The notes beneath the pieces were generated by a model. It did no database searches and was not told where the DNA came from. It saw only the letters and a list, made by a program, of their open reading frames with translations. A program made the translations under genes and the position numbers. A DNA stretch of 64,000 bases from Gemmatimonadales bacterium (GTDB taxonomy: Bacteria > Gemmatimonadota > Gemmatimonadetes > Gemmatimonadales > GWC2-71-9), in assembly GCA_035299765.1 (NCBI GenBank), contig DATGVZ010000095.1:22066-86065 (forward strand), in the 5' to 3' direction. This document shows positions 41,338 to 51,735 of the stretch, one piece after another. Position 1 is the first letter of the stretch, and each line of letters starts with the position of its first letter.

Positions 41338-42158
41338 CGACGCGCGGCGTCACGATTGTCGTCCATGCCGACGGCGATCTCGAGTCGCGGCAATATCGGA
41401 TCTCACGGTTGGCCCTGGTGGCGGGGAAATGGGCCGCGATGGGCGTCGTCGTGCTGGTCGTCCTGTTCTTTGCGTTCGCTGGGCCGATCACACGCAGCGC
41501 CGCGCGCGTGCCCGGGCTCGAGCGCGAGGTGTCGCGTCTCCGGGTCGAGAACAGTCGCGTGCAGCAGCTCGCCTCTGCATTGAACCGCGCGGAAGCGAAC
41601 TACCAGGAGCTGCGTCACATGTTGGGGGTCAAGGCGCCGCCGGTATCACGCAGCGGCGGATCGCTAGGGGGCGCACGCACCGAGGACGCCGCAACGACGA
41701 TGCGCGCGGTCGCGATCCGAGCAACCCTTCCGGGTTTGCTGACCCACTACGAGAGCGGGGCATCGATCCCATCTCATTGGCCGCTCACCATTCCCGGATT
41801 TGTCACACGGGGCCAGGTGCGGGCGGGCGTTCCCGACGAGTCGCATCCCGGAATCGATATCGCCGTGCCTGCGGGGACGCCGGTACGGGCATCCGGCGGC
41901 GGCACCGTCACCGCGGCCGGCTATGACGCCGATTATGGTTTCTTTGTCCTCTTGCAACATCCGTCCGGTTATGAGACGATGTATGGTCACACGTCACGGC
42001 TGCTCGCCGCCGAGGGCGACCACGTTGAGGCAGGACAAGTCATCGGTCTATCAGGAAACACAGGGCGGTCAACGGCGCCGCACCTGCACTTCGAGATTCG
42101 ACACGACGGGAAGTCGATCGATCCGCTCGAGCTCGTGAAGGACGGAGGAGCGCACTGA
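41334..42158 (+). CDS. membrane-anchored M23 (LytM-type) metallopeptidase with coiled-coil linker
   Basis: TM helix (AAMGVVVLVVLFFAF), a coiled-coil-like segment, and M23 motifs HPGIDIA and HLHFEIRHDG. Confidence 0.85.
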   Translation: MTTRGVTIVVHADGDLESRQYRISRLALVAGKWAAMGVVVLVVLFFAFAGPITRSAARVPGLEREVSRLRVENSRVQQLASALNRAEANYQELRHMLGVKAPPVSRSGGSLGGARTEDAATTMRAVAIRATLPGLLTHYESGASIPSHWPLTIPGFVTRGQVRAGVPDESHPGIDIAVPAGTPVRASGGGTVTAAGYDADYGFFVLLQHPSGYETMYGHTSRLLAAEGDHVEAGQVIGLSGNTGRSTAPHLHFEIRHDGKSIDPLELVKDGGAH

Positions 42159-42592
42159 TGGCGGTGTTCGGCGAAAAGGGCGCGTCAGGAAATATCGGCA
42201 GCACACGCGAAGGTGTGCCTGGGCTATCCATCATCGGCGCGGGGATGCGCGTCGTAGGCGATATATCCGCTGATGGCGTCGTGAAGATCGAGGGCTCCGT
42301 CAGCGGCACCGTGCGCGCGGCAAAGCAGGTGCTCGTCGCGCGGGGCGGGGAAGTGGAAGGCGACGTGGTGAGTCGCGAGGCGATCATCGGCGGCGAAGTT
42401 CGCGGCGCCATCTACGCCGAGGAACGCGTCGAGCTGCAATCAACGAGCGTCGTTCACGGTGACGTGTCAACGAAGCGCCTGCTGATTCAGGAAGGCGGCG
42501 AAATCAACGGCGTCCTGCGTATGGGTGAAGATGCTGGCCAGCCTCCCCATGCCAGCCAGCGCGAAGGGTCGGCTTCCCTAGCTAGAGCCTAG
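42158..42592 (+). CDS. bactofilin family cytoskeletal protein
   Basis: Repetitive beta-helix pattern: IIGAGMRVVGDISADGVVKIEGSVSGTVRA..VLVARGGEVEGDVVSREAIIGGEVRGAIYA..VELQSTSVVHGDV. Confidence 0.85.
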   Translation: MAVFGEKGASGNIGSTREGVPGLSIIGAGMRVVGDISADGVVKIEGSVSGTVRAAKQVLVARGGEVEGDVVSREAIIGGEVRGAIYAEERVELQSTSVVHGDVSTKRLLIQEGGEINGVLRMGEDAGQPPHASQREGSASLARA

Positions 42593-42676
42593 ATATCCAC
42601 ACGGCAGCGATTCGGCCATGTGGATTCTCCAATACATTGTAACACAATAGTTTAACTATGTATGCCGTGTGGAAGA
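42593..42676. promoter_or_regulatory. AT-rich spacer with three DnaA-box-like 9-mers and a 10-nt inverted repeat
   Basis: ATATCCACA (42593-42601). tgtggattc (42619-42627, rc GAATCCACA). tgtggaaga (42668-42676, rc TCTTCCACA). Inverted repeat ccacacggca (42597-42606) / tgccgtgtgg (42663-42672). Confidence 0.3.
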
Positions 42677-42714
42677 CTCCGAACTGGCGCGATACTGTCA
42701 TTACGGTGTCATAA

Positions 42715-43470
42715 ATGCGACTGGACACCCTCGTCCATTATCTCGATGACTATCTGCGCATAGCCGAAGAAGTCGCCGATGCTCCGGAGGCGATGAACGG
42801 GCTGCAAGTCGCGAACTCCGGCGCGGTCACTCGCATCGCTGCCGCCGTCGACCTGTGCGAAGCCACGGTTCGGATGGCGGCCGAAGAGCACGCCGACCTT
42901 CTCCTGGTTCATCATGGTCTGTTTTGGGGTGGACTACGGCCCGTCGTCGGTCCGGCGTACCGCCGTGTCGCCGCACTGATAAATGAAAACGTCGCGCTTT
43001 ACGCGGCCCATCTGCCGCTCGACCGTCATCCTGAAGTCGGCAATAACAGCGTCCTCGCCCGCCTGCTTGGCGTATCGGTCCGTGGTGAGTTCGGCTCGTA
43101 CCACGGAGCGCCTCTCGGCGTCTGGGGAGAACGCGCTGGAACGCGGGAGGACCTGAGCCGTGCGTTGGCAACCGTGCTCGGGACTGTCCCGCGCGTATTG
43201 CCCTTCGGTCCAGAGCGCGTGCAGCGCGTGGGCATAGTGACGGGAGCCGGAGGATCGATGATTCCGCAGGCGGCCGCGGCCGGCCTCGACACCTATGTGA
43301 CCGGCGAAGGGCAGCACTGGACCTTTTTCGATGCGGAAGAGCTGGGGCTGAACGTGTTCTATGCTGGCCACTACGCTACCGAAACGGTCGGCGTCACGGC
43401 GTTGGCCGAGCATCTCTACAAGAAGTTCGACCTACCCTGGGTGTTCTTGGATCATCCCACCGGGTTGTGA
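42715..43470 (+). CDS. Nif3-like dinuclear metal centre protein (GTP cyclohydrolase 1 type 2 homologue)
   Basis: DLLLVHHGLFW, AAHLPLDRHPEVGNN and AGHYATE. Confidence 0.9.
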   Translation: MRLDTLVHYLDDYLRIAEEVADAPEAMNGLQVANSGAVTRIAAAVDLCEATVRMAAEEHADLLLVHHGLFWGGLRPVVGPAYRRVAALINENVALYAAHLPLDRHPEVGNNSVLARLLGVSVRGEFGSYHGAPLGVWGERAGTREDLSRALATVLGTVPRVLPFGPERVQRVGIVTGAGGSMIPQAAAAGLDTYVTGEGQHWTFFDAEELGLNVFYAGHYATETVGVTALAEHLYKKFDLPWVFLDHPTGL

Positions 43471-44675
43471 CTCCGCGGCGAGTGCTCACGGTTCTCGCCC
43501 TCGCCGAGCTGCTCGCGATGGCGCCGTGGTTCAGTGCGTCCGCGGTTGCGCCGGCCCTGGTTCGCGTCTGGCAGCTCTCGCCGGCCACCACCGCGTGGCT
43601 CACGATTTCCGTGCAGCTCGGCTTCGTCGCGGGCGCGCTGGTGAGCGCGGCACTCACGCTTGCCGATCGACTGTCCGCGCGTCGTCTCGTCGCTGGATCG
43701 GCGCTGATCGCGGCGACGGCGACGCTCGGCGTTGCCGCTGCTACGGGAATCACCCTGGGAATCGTTTGTCGCTTGCTCACCGGCGCCGCACTGGCTGGCG
43801 TCTATCCGCCGGGCATGAAGATCGCCGCTGGGTGGTTCAAAGAAGGACGTGGATGGGCAATCGGAATTCTCGTCGGCGCGTTGACGCTTGGCTCGGCGAG
43901 TCCGCATCTCGTGCGCTGGGCGGTGCCTCCGGCGGCTTGGCGGATCGTCCTCATCGTCGCGGCGATGAGCGCAGTCGCGGGAGGACTCCTCGTCCTGCTT
44001 GTTCCGAATGATGGTCCCTACGCCGCCCCATCGCCGCCGTTTTCACTCGCCGCCGCTCCTCGGATTCTGAGAGACCGGGCGGTAGCGCTCGCCAACCTTG
44101 GCTATCTCGGTCACATGTGGGAGCTGTACGCGATGTGGACGTGGATTGCGGTTTTCGTCGCCGAGAGCGAACGCGCGCGACTGGGCGCGCAGGCGGACGT
44201 CACCGCGCGCGCCGCGCTCGTGACATTCGCAGTCGTGGGAAGTGGTGCGATCGGATGTTGGCTGGGCGGCAAGTACGCGGATCGCCGGGGACGAACGTTG
44301 GTGACGAGTGTCGCGATGCTCGTTTCGGGAAGCTGCGCGTTGGTTGTGGGACTGCTCTTCGGAGCGCCCCTCGTCGCACTCGCGCCGCTCCTGCTCGTGT
44401 GGGGCGTCAGCATCGTTGCCGACTCAGCGCAATTCTCCGCCGCGGTGAGCGAGCTCGCGCCGCGCGATTACGTCGGCACGGCACTCACGCTCCAGACGAG
44501 CCTCGGATTTCTGCTGACGTGTGCCACGATCTATCTCCTGCCAATGGTTGCGCGCGCGATCGGTTGGCGCTGGAGCATGAGCGTGCTGGCAATCGGACCA
44601 GCCCTCGGCGTGTGGGCGATGCTGGCGCTCAGGCGCCGGCCGGAATCGCTGCGGCTCGCGAGTGGTCGTCGGTGA
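43467..44675 (+). CDS. MFS transporter
   Basis: About 12 TM segments with MFS-like loops. Confidence 0.85.
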   Translation: MTPRRVLTVLALAELLAMAPWFSASAVAPALVRVWQLSPATTAWLTISVQLGFVAGALVSAALTLADRLSARRLVAGSALIAATATLGVAAATGITLGIVCRLLTGAALAGVYPPGMKIAAGWFKEGRGWAIGILVGALTLGSASPHLVRWAVPPAAWRIVLIVAAMSAVAGGLLVLLVPNDGPYAAPSPPFSLAAAPRILRDRAVALANLGYLGHMWELYAMWTWIAVFVAESERARLGAQADVTARAALVTFAVVGSGAIGCWLGGKYADRRGRTLVTSVAMLVSGSCALVVGLLFGAPLVALAPLLLVWGVSIVADSAQFSAAVSELAPRDYVGTALTLQTSLGFLLTCATIYLLPMVARAIGWRWSMSVLAIGPALGVWAMLALRRRPESLRLASGRR

Positions 44676-44711
44676 AGCGAGCGATGCGGCGCAGCGGCTA
44701 TATTCCGCGTC

Positions 44712-45710
44712 GTGACCTCGTCTGCTCCTCGATCACACCATCGCCCGCCGCAGAACGGCTCGAACGCCGGTTTTCAAAACCCTTGGGTCGATCGAGCCAT
44801 GCCGTCGTTCGGCAGCGCGATGAAGTGGCTGCTGGTGAAGCGAACCACCACGCCACGCCCCCGCGATCCCGATCCCAGAGTGTTTCGGCGAGTGCGACCT
44901 TCGTTCCGGACGCCGCGGGCTTCTCCAGCCGAGATCACCGTAACCTGGGTTGGTCATGCGACGCTGTTGTTGCAGCTCGGCGGTCTGAACATCCTCACCG
45001 ACCCAATGTGGAGCGCGCGCGCGTCGCCGTTTCGTTTTGCCGGCCCGCGTCGCTGGGTGGCTCCGGGTGTGGAGTTGCGCGATCTGCCGCCCATCGACGT
45101 CATTCTCCAATCGCATAACCATTACGATCACCTCGATAACCGTTCGGTGCGTGCGCTCGCGCGCGCGTATCCGGAGGCGAGTTGGCTGGTTCCTCTGGGT
45201 CTTGAATCGTTTGTGCGGCGGCGGGGAGCGAGGCTCGCGAGGGAGATGGATTGGTGGGAGACGGCAGACATCGGTCAGCTCCACGTCACCTGCACACCGG
45301 CCCAGCACTTCAGCGGTCGGACGCTCATCGATCGCGGCGAGACGCTGTGGTGTAGCTGGGCTCTCGCGATTCAAGGTCGCAGCGTCTTCTTCGCCGGCGA
45401 CACCGGCTATCATCCGGAGTTCGCGCTGATCGCCGAGCGCTGCGGTCCGTTCGATCTCGCGCTCCTGCCCATCGGCGCGTACGAGCCGCGCTGGTTCATG
45501 CGCTATCTGCACATGAACCCCGAGGAAGCGGTACAGGCATTCCGCGGGTTGGGCGCGCAGGCGATGGTTCCCATTCACTGGGGGACGTTCAAGCTCACCG
45601 ATGAGGCCATGGACGAGCCGCCGGTACGCGCCCGAGCCGCATTCGCCGCCGCGAATCTGCCGATGGAGCGATATCGCCAGCTCGCCCACGGCGAGACACT
45701 CACGATCTAG
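44712..45710 (+). CDS. MBL-fold metallo-hydrolase (NAPE-PLD-like)
   Basis: TWVGHATLLLQ..ILTDPMW, and QSHNHYDHLD (HxHxDH motif). Confidence 0.85.
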   Translation: MTSSAPRSHHRPPQNGSNAGFQNPWVDRAMPSFGSAMKWLLVKRTTTPRPRDPDPRVFRRVRPSFRTPRASPAEITVTWVGHATLLLQLGGLNILTDPMWSARASPFRFAGPRRWVAPGVELRDLPPIDVILQSHNHYDHLDNRSVRALARAYPEASWLVPLGLESFVRRRGARLAREMDWWETADIGQLHVTCTPAQHFSGRTLIDRGETLWCSWALAIQGRSVFFAGDTGYHPEFALIAERCGPFDLALLPIGAYEPRWFMRYLHMNPEEAVQAFRGLGAQAMVPIHWGTFKLTDEAMDEPPVRARAAFAAANLPMERYRQLAHGETLTI

Positions 45711-45725
45711 CTGAGGCTCCACTTC

Positions 45726-47198
45726 ATGTTCCAAAGATCGCTGCTGATTGTATTCGCGGCGGGGTGCGCAGGGCACAGGCTGCCTCCCGCGCCTCCGCTC
45801 GCCGGTCCGTCGTCCGCACCGGTGATGGAAACGCCGGCGCGTGTGGCGCTCATCGCCGTCCCCGGGGACGCCGACTGGAGGGCGCTCGGCGACGAAGCGA
45901 CGGCCCTTCTGTCGCAATACATCCGCATCAACACGACCAATCCTCCCGGCAACGAAATCATGGCAGCGCGCTGGCTTGCCGATGTGCTGCGGCGCGACGG
46001 CATCGAGGCGAAGGTTTTCGAGCCCGCGCCGGGAAAGGCGAACCTCTACGCGCGTCTGGCGGGCGACGGCAGCGCGCGGCCCGTGATTCTCTTGAATCAC
46101 ATGGACGTCGTGCTCGCGTCGCCCGAATACTGGACGGTGGATCCGTTCAGCGGGCTCATCAAGGACGGGTACATCTGGGGCCGCGGCGCGCTCGACATGA
46201 AGGGCGAGGCGATCGCGCAGCTCATGACGATGCTCGTGCTCAAGCGGGCGCACGTGCCGCTCAAACGCGACGTCATCTTGCTGGCGACTTCGGACGAAGA
46301 GATCGGCGCCGGGGTCGGCGCCGCCTGGATCGTCGAGCACCAGGCCGACTTGATTCGCAACGCCGAGTTCTTGCTCAACGAGGGTGGGTTAACACGATCT
46401 GACGGCCACGGCGGCGTCGAGTACTACGGAATCGGCACCACGGAGAAATCGCCCTTCTGGCTCGATGCGATCGCGCGAGGAACGGCGGGCCACGGCTCCC
46501 GGCCGACACCTGACAACCCGGTGCACCGGTTAGTCCGGGCGCTGAACAAGATCGCTGCATGGCAGACGCCGTTGATTGTGACGCCCACGGTTGAGCGGTC
46601 ATTCCGCGACCTCTCCACGATCGAGCGCGATTCGACGTTGCGCAGCTGGCTCGGCGACGTCCGCTCCGCGCTCAGGGACTCAAACGCGGTGCGGACGATC
46701 ACGGCCGATCTCACGTATAACGCGCTGCTCCGTAATACCATCTCGATCACCGGACTGAAAGGCAGCGATAAGACGAACGTGATTCCGCCGATCGCCACGG
46801 CAGCGCTCGATGTGCGGCTCCTGCCTGGCCAGGATCCCGCGGCGTTTCTTGCAGACCTCGTGCGTGTCGTAGGAGATTCCGCGGTGACGTTTCGGCCGCA
46901 GGGGCCGAACTGGCCGGCGACCGAAAGTCCGACGGAGACAGAGATGTTCCGCGCGATCACCGCCGTCGCCCATGCGCGCCATCCGAACGCGCTGGTCACG
47001 ACCCTGATGCTGCCGGGCTTCACCGATAGCCACTACTTCCGGAGGCTCGGCATTGCGAGCTACGGACTCGGACCGTTTCCGCTGTCACAAGGCGATTCGC
47101 GCGGCGTGCACGGAAACGACGAACGCGTCGGCCTGGACGCGTTGCGGTTTGGGGTGCGCTTCTATTACGACGTGGTGTCGCGTGTAGCGGCGAAGTGA
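45726..47198 (+). CDS. M20/M28-family peptidase (lipoprotein signal)
   Basis: Lipobox LIVFAAGC. Also LLNHMDVV, GRGALDMKG and SDEEIG. Confidence 0.85.
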   Translation: MFQRSLLIVFAAGCAGHRLPPAPPLAGPSSAPVMETPARVALIAVPGDADWRALGDEATALLSQYIRINTTNPPGNEIMAARWLADVLRRDGIEAKVFEPAPGKANLYARLAGDGSARPVILLNHMDVVLASPEYWTVDPFSGLIKDGYIWGRGALDMKGEAIAQLMTMLVLKRAHVPLKRDVILLATSDEEIGAGVGAAWIVEHQADLIRNAEFLLNEGGLTRSDGHGGVEYYGIGTTEKSPFWLDAIARGTAGHGSRPTPDNPVHRLVRALNKIAAWQTPLIVTPTVERSFRDLSTIERDSTLRSWLGDVRSALRDSNAVRTITADLTYNALLRNTISITGLKGSDKTNVIPPIATAALDVRLLPGQDPAAFLADLVRVVGDSAVTFRPQGPNWPATESPTETEMFRAITAVAHARHPNALVTTLMLPGFTDSHYFRRLGIASYGLGPFPLSQGDSRGVHGNDERVGLDALRFGVRFYYDVVSRVAAK

Positions 47199-47209
47199 CG
47201 CGGACTCGA

Positions 47210-47491
47210 CTACTTCAGTGGAACCACGAACCTCACGATCAGTCGCTCGGCTGACTGCGGGCTCACGCTGCAAAAACAGTCCCCGATGATACGCTTCACG
47301 CCGAGGACTTCGGCTTCGGCGATTCCCGCAACATCGCGGTAGGTGATTTCCAGCATCTTACCATCGATCACCCGATAAGTGACGGGGCGGCCTAACAGAC
47401 GATGATGTGGATCAATCTGCGCGAGCCCCTCCGCGAGCTTCCGCTGCAAATCGCTGATCGCCTCGGGCGAGGTCCCTGACACAGGCCTCAT
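47210..47491 (-). CDS. hypothetical protein (93 aa)
   Basis: Its start overlaps the queG stop (ATGA). I recognise no family. Confidence 0.5.
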   Translation of the reverse strand: MRPVSGTSPEAISDLQRKLAEGLAQIDPHHRLLGRPVTYRVIDGKMLEITYRDVAGIAEAEVLGVKRIIGDCFCSVSPQSAERLIVRFVVPLK

Positions 47492-48411
47492 TTGACGGCG
47501 GTGTTCGCAAGCACTGCCGCGGCGTTGCGGCTCATTCCCTTGCGGCCTGGTCGAGAAAAGGGCGTATCCCCGTAGTGGCGGTCGAACTCATCATCGCTCA
47601 CGGTGGACAAGGCATGGGCATCCGGCGCTGCCATCTCCGGACGTGGCACGAAACCTGGATCGATAGTCGCGCGCGCGAAGCTCACATTCCAGGGACAGAC
47701 ATCCTGACAGATGTCGCAACCGAACAGCCAATCGCCGACCTGGGCGCGTTGAATGTCTGAGAAGTCGCCACGATGCTCGATCGTCAAATACGAAATGCAC
47801 GCTCGCGCGTCGAGATCGCGCGGTCCGACGAAGGCATCGGTGGGGCAGGCATCGAGACAGCGGCGACACGTCCCGCAGCGATCCGCTTCAAACGGGAGAT
47901 CCGGTTCCAGCTCCGCATCGGTCAGCACGACGCCGATGAAGGTGAACGACCCGATCTCCGGATGGATCAGCATCATGTTCTTGCCGATCCATCCGAGGCC
48001 AGCGAGCTGTGCCAGCTCGCGCTCGGGCACGGGGCCGGCATCGACGTAGCAGCGGGTCGTCGCCGGGGGCACGATTTCACGAATTGCTGAAGCGAGCTGT
48101 TCGAGACGGTCGCCGAGGACGTCGTGGTAGTCGGATGACCACGCGTATTGTGCCACCCGGGCCACCGGCCCGGGGTCAGCCGCGCCGTGATAGTAGTTGG
48201 TGAGCGTGACGACAGCAGACCGAGCATGCGGCATGATTTTGCGCGGATCTTTCCGCTTGTCCGCCTGCCGATGCAGATACGTCATCGTGCCGGCGTGTCC
48301 GGCCGCCAGCCAGCGATCGAGCTCGGCGCGGTGTGGATTCTGCTCGAGCCGCGCGATGCCCGTGGCCGCGAAGCCCAACGCCGCCGCCCGCCGTTTGATC
48401 TCGATGCTCAC
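47488..48411 (-). CDS. queG: tRNA epoxyqueuosine(34) reductase
   Basis: Two 4Fe-4S motifs (CGTCRRCLDACP, CDICQDVCP) and a QueG-like body. I prefer the GTG start at 48411 (VSIEIKRRAAALGF), which gives a GTGA overlap with the upstream ORF. Confidence 0.9.
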   Translation of the reverse strand: MSIEIKRRAAALGFAATGIARLEQNPHRAELDRWLAAGHAGTMTYLHRQADKRKDPRKIMPHARSAVVTLTNYYHGAADPGPVARVAQYAWSSDYHDVLGDRLEQLASAIREIVPPATTRCYVDAGPVPERELAQLAGLGWIGKNMMLIHPEIGSFTFIGVVLTDAELEPDLPFEADRCGTCRRCLDACPTDAFVGPRDLDARACISYLTIEHRGDFSDIQRAQVGDWLFGCDICQDVCPWNVSFARATIDPGFVPRPEMAAPDAHALSTVSDDEFDRHYGDTPFSRPGRKGMSRNAAAVLANTAVK

Positions 48412-48674
48412 AGTCCCATCGTCTCCCGCCGCCAACGCGCAAAGTTGACGACGTCATCGACGGGCGGCACGGCCTGCTCGTTGCCGTACGCGGTGAACAT
48501 GCGCCATTGCATGTAGTCGCGTGGCGGGAGTGGAAGAAACGGCGGCCGGCGCCACCAGTCACGCGCGCGAAAACTCCACACGAGTCGCACTAAGTCGACG
48601 GCCAGCCGCGGACGGACCAACGCCTTCAGCGCCAATCGCAGATAGAGTGCGGACCAACTCGCTCGGGGCTGCAT
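48408..48674 (-). CDS. hypothetical protein (88 aa)
   Basis: ORF 48408..48830 trimmed to MQPRASWSALYLRL. Coupled to queG. I recognise no family. Confidence 0.5.
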   Translation of the reverse strand: MQPRASWSALYLRLALKALVRPRLAVDLVRLVWSFRARDWWRRPPFLPLPPRDYMQWRMFTAYGNEQAVPPVDDVVNFARWRRETMGL

Positions 48675-48696
48675 TCCTTCTGTATATTCACGGCCT

Positions 48697-49866
48697 ATGA
48701 CGCTGGCAAGCAGTGTCAAACCTCGCATCCTTGGACTCGCCAGATACCGCGGCGAGTTTCCAGTCTTTAAGGACCGCGTGTATCTCAATACCTGCTCGCT
48801 CGGCGCACTGGGCGAGCGGTCTCGTCGCAAAGTAGCGGAATTCCTCGATCTGTGGCAGAGCCGCGGCGCTTCCGCGTGGTACGACGTCTGGTGGGAAGCC
48901 CTCCGCGATCTGCGTGCGCGCTACGGCCGCATCGTCAACGCCGCGCCCGGCGAGATTGCGCTCGCCCCCAGCATCTCGGTCGCGCTCAGCACCGTCGCGG
49001 AGTCACTCGACTACAACCGTCGGCCCAAGGTCGTCATCACGTCGCTCGACTTCCCGACGGTCGCGTATCAATGGCTGGCGAAGGCCCGGAAGGGCGTGGA
49101 GCTGGTCGTGGTGGAGAGTCCCGACCGGATCAGCGTCCCGGTCGACGCCATCGCACGCGCCATCGATGATCGCACGGCGCTGGTCGTGACGTCGCACGTG
49201 TACTTCACGAGTGGTGCGATTCAAGACATCAAGAGCGTTGCCGCGGCCGCGCACGCACGCGGCGCGCTCTGCCTGATCGATGCGTATCAGTCTGTTGGTC
49301 AGATTCCGGTGGACGTGCAGGACGCAGGTGTCGACGCGCTCGTCGCCGGAGGCCTCAAGTGGCTGCTCGGCGGACCAGGCATCGTATTCCTCTACATGCG
49401 CGAAGCAGTGGCCCGTCGCCTCGAGCCGGCCATTTCCGGATGGTTCGGTCAGCGCGAGCAGTTCGCCTTCGACCCGCGCGATTTGACGTTTCACGACGAC
49501 GCGCGACGCTTCGAGCTTGGCACACCGTCGCTCGCGGCGGTCTACGCGCAGCTGGGCGGCCTCGAGTACATCGAGGAGATTGGCATCCCCGCCATTCGCG
49601 ACGTGACCGCGGCGCTGACAGAAGATCTCATCGACCGAGTGCGCGCGGCTGGATTCAAGCCGAAGATTGCCGCGGATGTCCGCCGGCGGTCGGCGATCGT
49701 GATGATTCCGATGCCGGATCCGGCGGCTTCCGTGCGACACCTGGCGGCGGGAGGCGTAATCGCCGACTCACGGCCGGGGCACGTCCGATTCTCGCCTTTC
49801 TTCTACAACGTGCAGGATGACCATGTCAGAGCAACCGAGCGCCTCGCCGCGCAGCCCGCTCACTGA
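48697..49866 (+). CDS. class-V aminotransferase-fold PLP enzyme (kynureninase / cysteine-desulfurase-like)
   Basis: Class V fold sequence with the PLP-Lys context GGLKWLLGGPG. Confidence 0.85.
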   Translation: MTLASSVKPRILGLARYRGEFPVFKDRVYLNTCSLGALGERSRRKVAEFLDLWQSRGASAWYDVWWEALRDLRARYGRIVNAAPGEIALAPSISVALSTVAESLDYNRRPKVVITSLDFPTVAYQWLAKARKGVELVVVESPDRISVPVDAIARAIDDRTALVVTSHVYFTSGAIQDIKSVAAAAHARGALCLIDAYQSVGQIPVDVQDAGVDALVAGGLKWLLGGPGIVFLYMREAVARRLEPAISGWFGQREQFAFDPRDLTFHDDARRFELGTPSLAAVYAQLGGLEYIEEIGIPAIRDVTAALTEDLIDRVRAAGFKPKIAADVRRRSAIVMIPMPDPAASVRHLAAGGVIADSRPGHVRFSPFFYNVQDDHVRATERLAAQPAH

Positions 49867-50589
49867 AGACGAACAGCTCCTCATACCGTCGCAGATCGTT
49901 CCGATCGAGCGGCGGGCCTCCTTCACGAGCACCGATCCGTGGCGAGTGCTGCGCATCATGGGAGAATTCGTCGAGGGCTTCGATACGTTGTCCGACGTGC
50001 GCAATGCGGTGACGGTGTTCGGCTCGGCGCGCACTCTGGAAAACGATCATTACTACGCGGCCGCGCGAGAGACGTCGCGAATGCTCGCGCAGGAAGGGTT
50101 CGCGATCATCACGGGCGGTGGGCCGGGCATCATGGAGGCCGCCAATCGCGGCGCCAAGGAAGGCGGCGGGCTCTCGATCGGTTGCAACATCGAGCTGCCC
50201 TTCGAGCAGGGGACAAACCAGTGGGTGGAGCGCTCGATCAACTTTCGCTACTTCTTCGTTCGCAAGACGATGTTCGTGAAGTACTCGACAGCGTTTATCA
50301 CTTTTCCCGGTGGCTACGGCACGATGGACGAGTTGTTCGAGGCGCTGACCCTCGTGCAGACGGGCAAGGTGAAGCAATTCCCAGTCGTGTTGTTCGGGAA
50401 AAAATACTGGGGCGGTCTCGCGGACTGGCTCAAGGAGCGTGTCGCCGGCGAAGGAAAGATCTCTCCCGAGGATTTGAATCTCTTCCTCCTGACGGATGAT
50501 CCGAAGGAAGCGCTTGGCTGGATCGTGGAAGCGCGCGAGCGCCGCACCCGTGCATACCGCGCCATGGCGCCGATGGGGCAAGCCACGCG

Positions 50590-50593
<4 letters not shown>
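49817..50593 (+). CDS. LOG family (TIGR00730) Rossmann-fold nucleotide phosphoribohydrolase
   Basis: [17 protein letters not shown] and [12 protein letters not shown]. The start (49817 or 49823) overlaps the upstream gene. Confidence 0.85.

Positions 50594-51731
<1,138 letters not shown>

Positions 51732-51735
<4 letters not shown>

Noticed and set aside
42597-42672. Inverted repeat ccacacggca/tgccgtgtgg as the terminator of the parAB-bactofilin operon
   Set aside because: The arms are 56 nt apart and no T-run follows. This is not a canonical intrinsic terminator, so it is reported instead as part of the AT-rich spacer finding.
44733-46340. 535-aa minus-strand ORF
   Set aside because: It is antisense to the MBL hydrolase and M20 peptidase genes and has no motifs.
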